A stretch of 64,000 nt of DNA from Cetorhinus maximus. Lineage: Eukaryota. Position 1 is the stretch's first letter; the number at the start of each line of letters is the position of its first letter. The stretch lies in assembly GCF_964194155.1 (NCBI RefSeq), contig NC_135883.1:165168001-165232000 (forward strand), given 5' to 3'. The notes beneath the pieces were generated by a model. The model saw nothing but the letters and a program-made list of their open reading frames with translations, made no database searches and was not told where the DNA came from. This document shows positions 61,256-64,000 of the stretch, in pieces. The translations under genes and the position numbers were made by a program.

Positions 61256-61271
61256 CATGGATAAGAGCTAA

Positions 61272-61568
61272 CATGTCTGTATAACTTCAAGATATGCATT
61301 TATCAACTCGTACATCGGTTAACATCACTTCTTTCAGTTGTCAGCCTGACTCAGTTGGTGCACTCTCAATTTTTTTAATCTACTGACAGAGCTACCATGT
61401 TTGTGTAACTTCAGCAGATATGATGGGCGGAATAGCCTCCTTCTGCGCTGTAACAATTCTGTGATTCTGTGCTTTACCAACTCACTCATTGGTTAACATC
61501 ACTCCTTTCAGGAGTCAGCCTGACTCAGTTGGTTGTATTCTCAACTTTTTTAATCTACTGACAGAGAT
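61272..61568. repeat. Tandem duplication of a unit of about 125 bp; the second copy carries a CR1 tail of about 50 bp
   Basis: CATGT.TGT.TAACTTCA..GATATG...GGTTAACATCACT.CTTTCAG..GTCAGCCTGACTCAGTTGGT..TAATCTACTGACAGAG occurs twice. Confidence 0.85.
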
Positions 61569-61572
61569 GAGT

Positions 61573-62102
61573 ATCACAGAATCACAGAATTTTAACAGCA
61601 CAGAAGGAGGCCATTCAGCCCATTGTGTCTGCACTGGCTCCTCAAATGAGCATTATGACCTAGTGCCATTGCCCTGCCTTTTCCCTGTACATTGTTTCTA
61701 TTCAAATATTCATCTAATGCCCTCTTGAATGCTTCAGTTGAACCTGCCTCCACCCACACTTCCAGGCAGCGCATTCCAGACCCGAACCACTCGTTGTGTG
61801 AAAAAGATTTTTCTCACATCACATTTGCTTCTTTTGCAAATCATTTCAAATCTGTGCCCTCTCGTTCTTGATCCTTTTACGAGCAGGAACAGCTTCTCCC
61901 TCTCTACTCTTTCCAGCTCCCTCATGATTTTGAATATCTCTATCAAATCTCATTTTAGCCTTCTCTCCAAGGAGAACAGTCCCAACCTCTCCAACCTATC
62001 CTCATTGCTGAAGTTTCTCATCCCTGGAACCATTCTTGTAAACCTCTTCTGCATTCTCTCCAATAATATGACGCCCAGAACTCTACACAATACTCCAGCT
62101 GA
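61573..62102 (-). mobile_element. CR1 3' fragment, (ATTCTGTG)n family
   Basis: ORFs 61734-61946 and 61950-62144, with the tail ATCACAGAATCACAGAAT. Confidence 0.9.
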
Positions 62103-62893
62103 GTAGCCACAGGTTAAACTTATAAAAAAGGGAAACCTTCCCATAATCCCTGAAAGTAATTTAACAAGAGTTCAAGGTATTGATTCAACATTAATTTAAT
62201 ATATGCTTCAACCCTGGTCATCTATATGTGACACTCCCAATGTATTCCAAACAGTATTTAGCCATCTCAACTGGACCAAATATTTATAAAGCTGTTTCTT
62301 TTAAACACTAGATACTTCTGATGGGGAATTGCTTGTACATGCTTGGTGATATTGCAGTCAAGGCCTCTAATCCTAAAGCCTTTGTTAAATGGCCTGATCA
62401 CATTCATGTTACTTGTAGATGTAACATTCCCGGAATGTGATAAGTGATTTGCTATTCTTCAGAAATCAGCATTTTTACTACCTCTGGGACTTTTTATGCC
62501 AAACTGCAGTACTCGGACTGCACATTACACTGCATGCACCAACAGCAGAGATGTTTACAAGATGTTGCACCAAAATTTGGCCTAATCAAAAGTCCTGACT
62601 CCTTAGAAAGAAACAGATTAATTTCCCTTTGCTATTGTGCAGAGTTTGGGGTGTTACTTAACAATCAAAACTGCCTTCCCTGGTTTTATCTGATTTTCAG
62701 GATTTTCTGTAATAACTGATAGACTCAGTCAATACCACCATATTGCATTAACTGGCTGTGTACATTTTTATTTTCATATTATAACAGTTTATTGAAATTT
62801 TTATTTATTTTATCACATTAATTACTCTTCCCCCTCTGGTTACAGTGGTTCTGTTTAATGATGGAATTGGGGAATAATTAGAGAAATAGGATC

Positions 62894-63152
62894 TGTAGGA
62901 TAATGGTGTATATTAGACTAAGTCCCACGAAGGGATAACTATAATAGTTTATGATATCATAGAAGGAAGTGACATATACTAATGTGATCTGAGAGTCCAG
63001 GAGAAAACAGCATGGAAAGAAGCTAGTGTAAAGGAGTGTTCTCATAACTGTAAATCTGTTACAATAAAGTTAAGAATGTTTGCAGCTGGCATTGAAATTA
63101 ATCCAACCTAACAACACAATAATATAGACTCAGAAGGCAATGGCAAATGAGG
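62894..63152 (+). mobile_element. Short Gypsy-type LTR relic with a decayed primer-binding site
   Basis: TGTAGG start, AATAAA at about 63063, and CA followed by TGGCAAATGAGG (PBS-like). No internal ORF or TSD found. Confidence 0.45.
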
Positions 63153-63259
63153 AAGACTATTTAGTTCATCCGTCCAGAAAGGCCCACAGACCCTCCATTA
63201 CAGAATCCAAGAAGGTTATGCTGATCGGATTGGATGAAGGTGGATAACAGACAACTTCT

Positions 63260-63712
63260 GGAGCCAGCCATGGCTCAGTTGGTAACTCTTGACTGAACCA
63301 GGTGATTGTGGGTTCACATTCCACTTCAGGATTGACCACAAAAATCAAGGCTGACATTTTAGTGCAGTACTGAGGGAGTGCTGCACTGTCAGAGGTGCAG
63401 TCTTTCAGACATTAAACCAAGACCTTGTCTGGCCCCCCAAGTGCATGTAAAAGATCCTATGGCATGATTTTGAAAAAGAGCAAGGGCCTTATCCCCAGTA
63501 TCCTGGCTAACATTTATCGTTCAATCAACATCACAAAAATAGATTATCTGCTCATTATTCCATTGTTGTTGCAGGAGCTTAATGTGTGCTAATTGGCTGC
63601 CATTTTTCCTACATTAAAACGGTGACTACACTTCAAAAGTACATCATTGGCTTTAAAATACTTTGAGATGTCCAGTGTTATATAAATGCAAGTCTTTATT
63701 TTCTTTCTTTTT
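63260..63712 (+). mobile_element. Full-length DeuSINE (SacSINE1-like)
   Basis: A box TGGCTCAGTTGG, B box GGTTCACATTCC, Deu domain GCAGTACTGAGGGAGTGCTGCACTGTCAGAGGTGC and L2-type tail TATAAATGCAAGTCTTT. Confidence 0.9.
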
Positions 63713-63799
63713 CACAAATACCAGCATAGACCATGTACTATAAAGAATATTGTGGATCAGTCATAACTTTATACCAGAGATAACGTTCACGTCCATGAC

Positions 63800-63910
63800 C
63801 TTTTATCAGTTCTGATGAAAGGCCAAAAACCTGCTTAGTTAATTCTGATTTTCCCTCTATAGATGTTGCCCAACCTGCTGTGTATTTCCAGCATTTTCTG
63901 TTTTTATTTT
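63800..63910 (+). mobile_element. Penelope family B pLTR fragment with a decayed hammerhead
   Basis: AGTT-CTGATGA-AAGG-ccaaaaa-CCT-GCTT (GAAA lost)-AGTTAATT followed by AGATGTTGCC..TTTCCAGCATTTTCTG. Confidence 0.7.
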
Positions 63911-64000
63911 ATAACAAATTTACTCTACTTTATTACAGAGGGGTGGCAATGATAAAAGTCAATAATGCTGTAATATTACACTCCTGGTCACGTCTGCTGT

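Overview
This is eukaryotic, repeat-dense DNA, most likely an intron-scale stretch of a cartilaginous fish (shark) genome. That call is inferred from the repeat content: HER1-like CR1 LINEs, a DeuSINE/SacSINE1-type SINE, LF-SINE-like relics, L2, RTE and Penelope elements. I see no intact host protein-coding gene, and no rRNA, tRNA gene or CRISPR array. The recognisable ORFs are decayed retroelement RT, endonuclease or esterase fragments, or their antisense shadows; the rest match nothing I recognise. The main elements are: a full-length decayed CR1 (47596-51812); a young CR1 with a 361-aa open RT frame inserted into another CR1; a four-layer nest inside an L2; two nested solo LTRs with clean 4-bp TSDs; a Harbinger-like MITE built from about seven serial hairpins; and two Penelope-like families whose pseudo-LTRs carry minimal hammerhead ribozyme motifs. 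TE-free islands hold candidate minus-strand exons with canonical splice signals (53202-53291, 22511-22630, possibly 9735-9920). These suggest the 5'UTR or alternative-promoter region of a large minus-strand gene that I cannot name. I found no demonstrably new biological system. The best leads are the dimer-type hammerheads, the split-exon uORF and the hairpin-array MITE. All calls were made by eye, and repeat boundaries are approximate unless a TSD is quoted.
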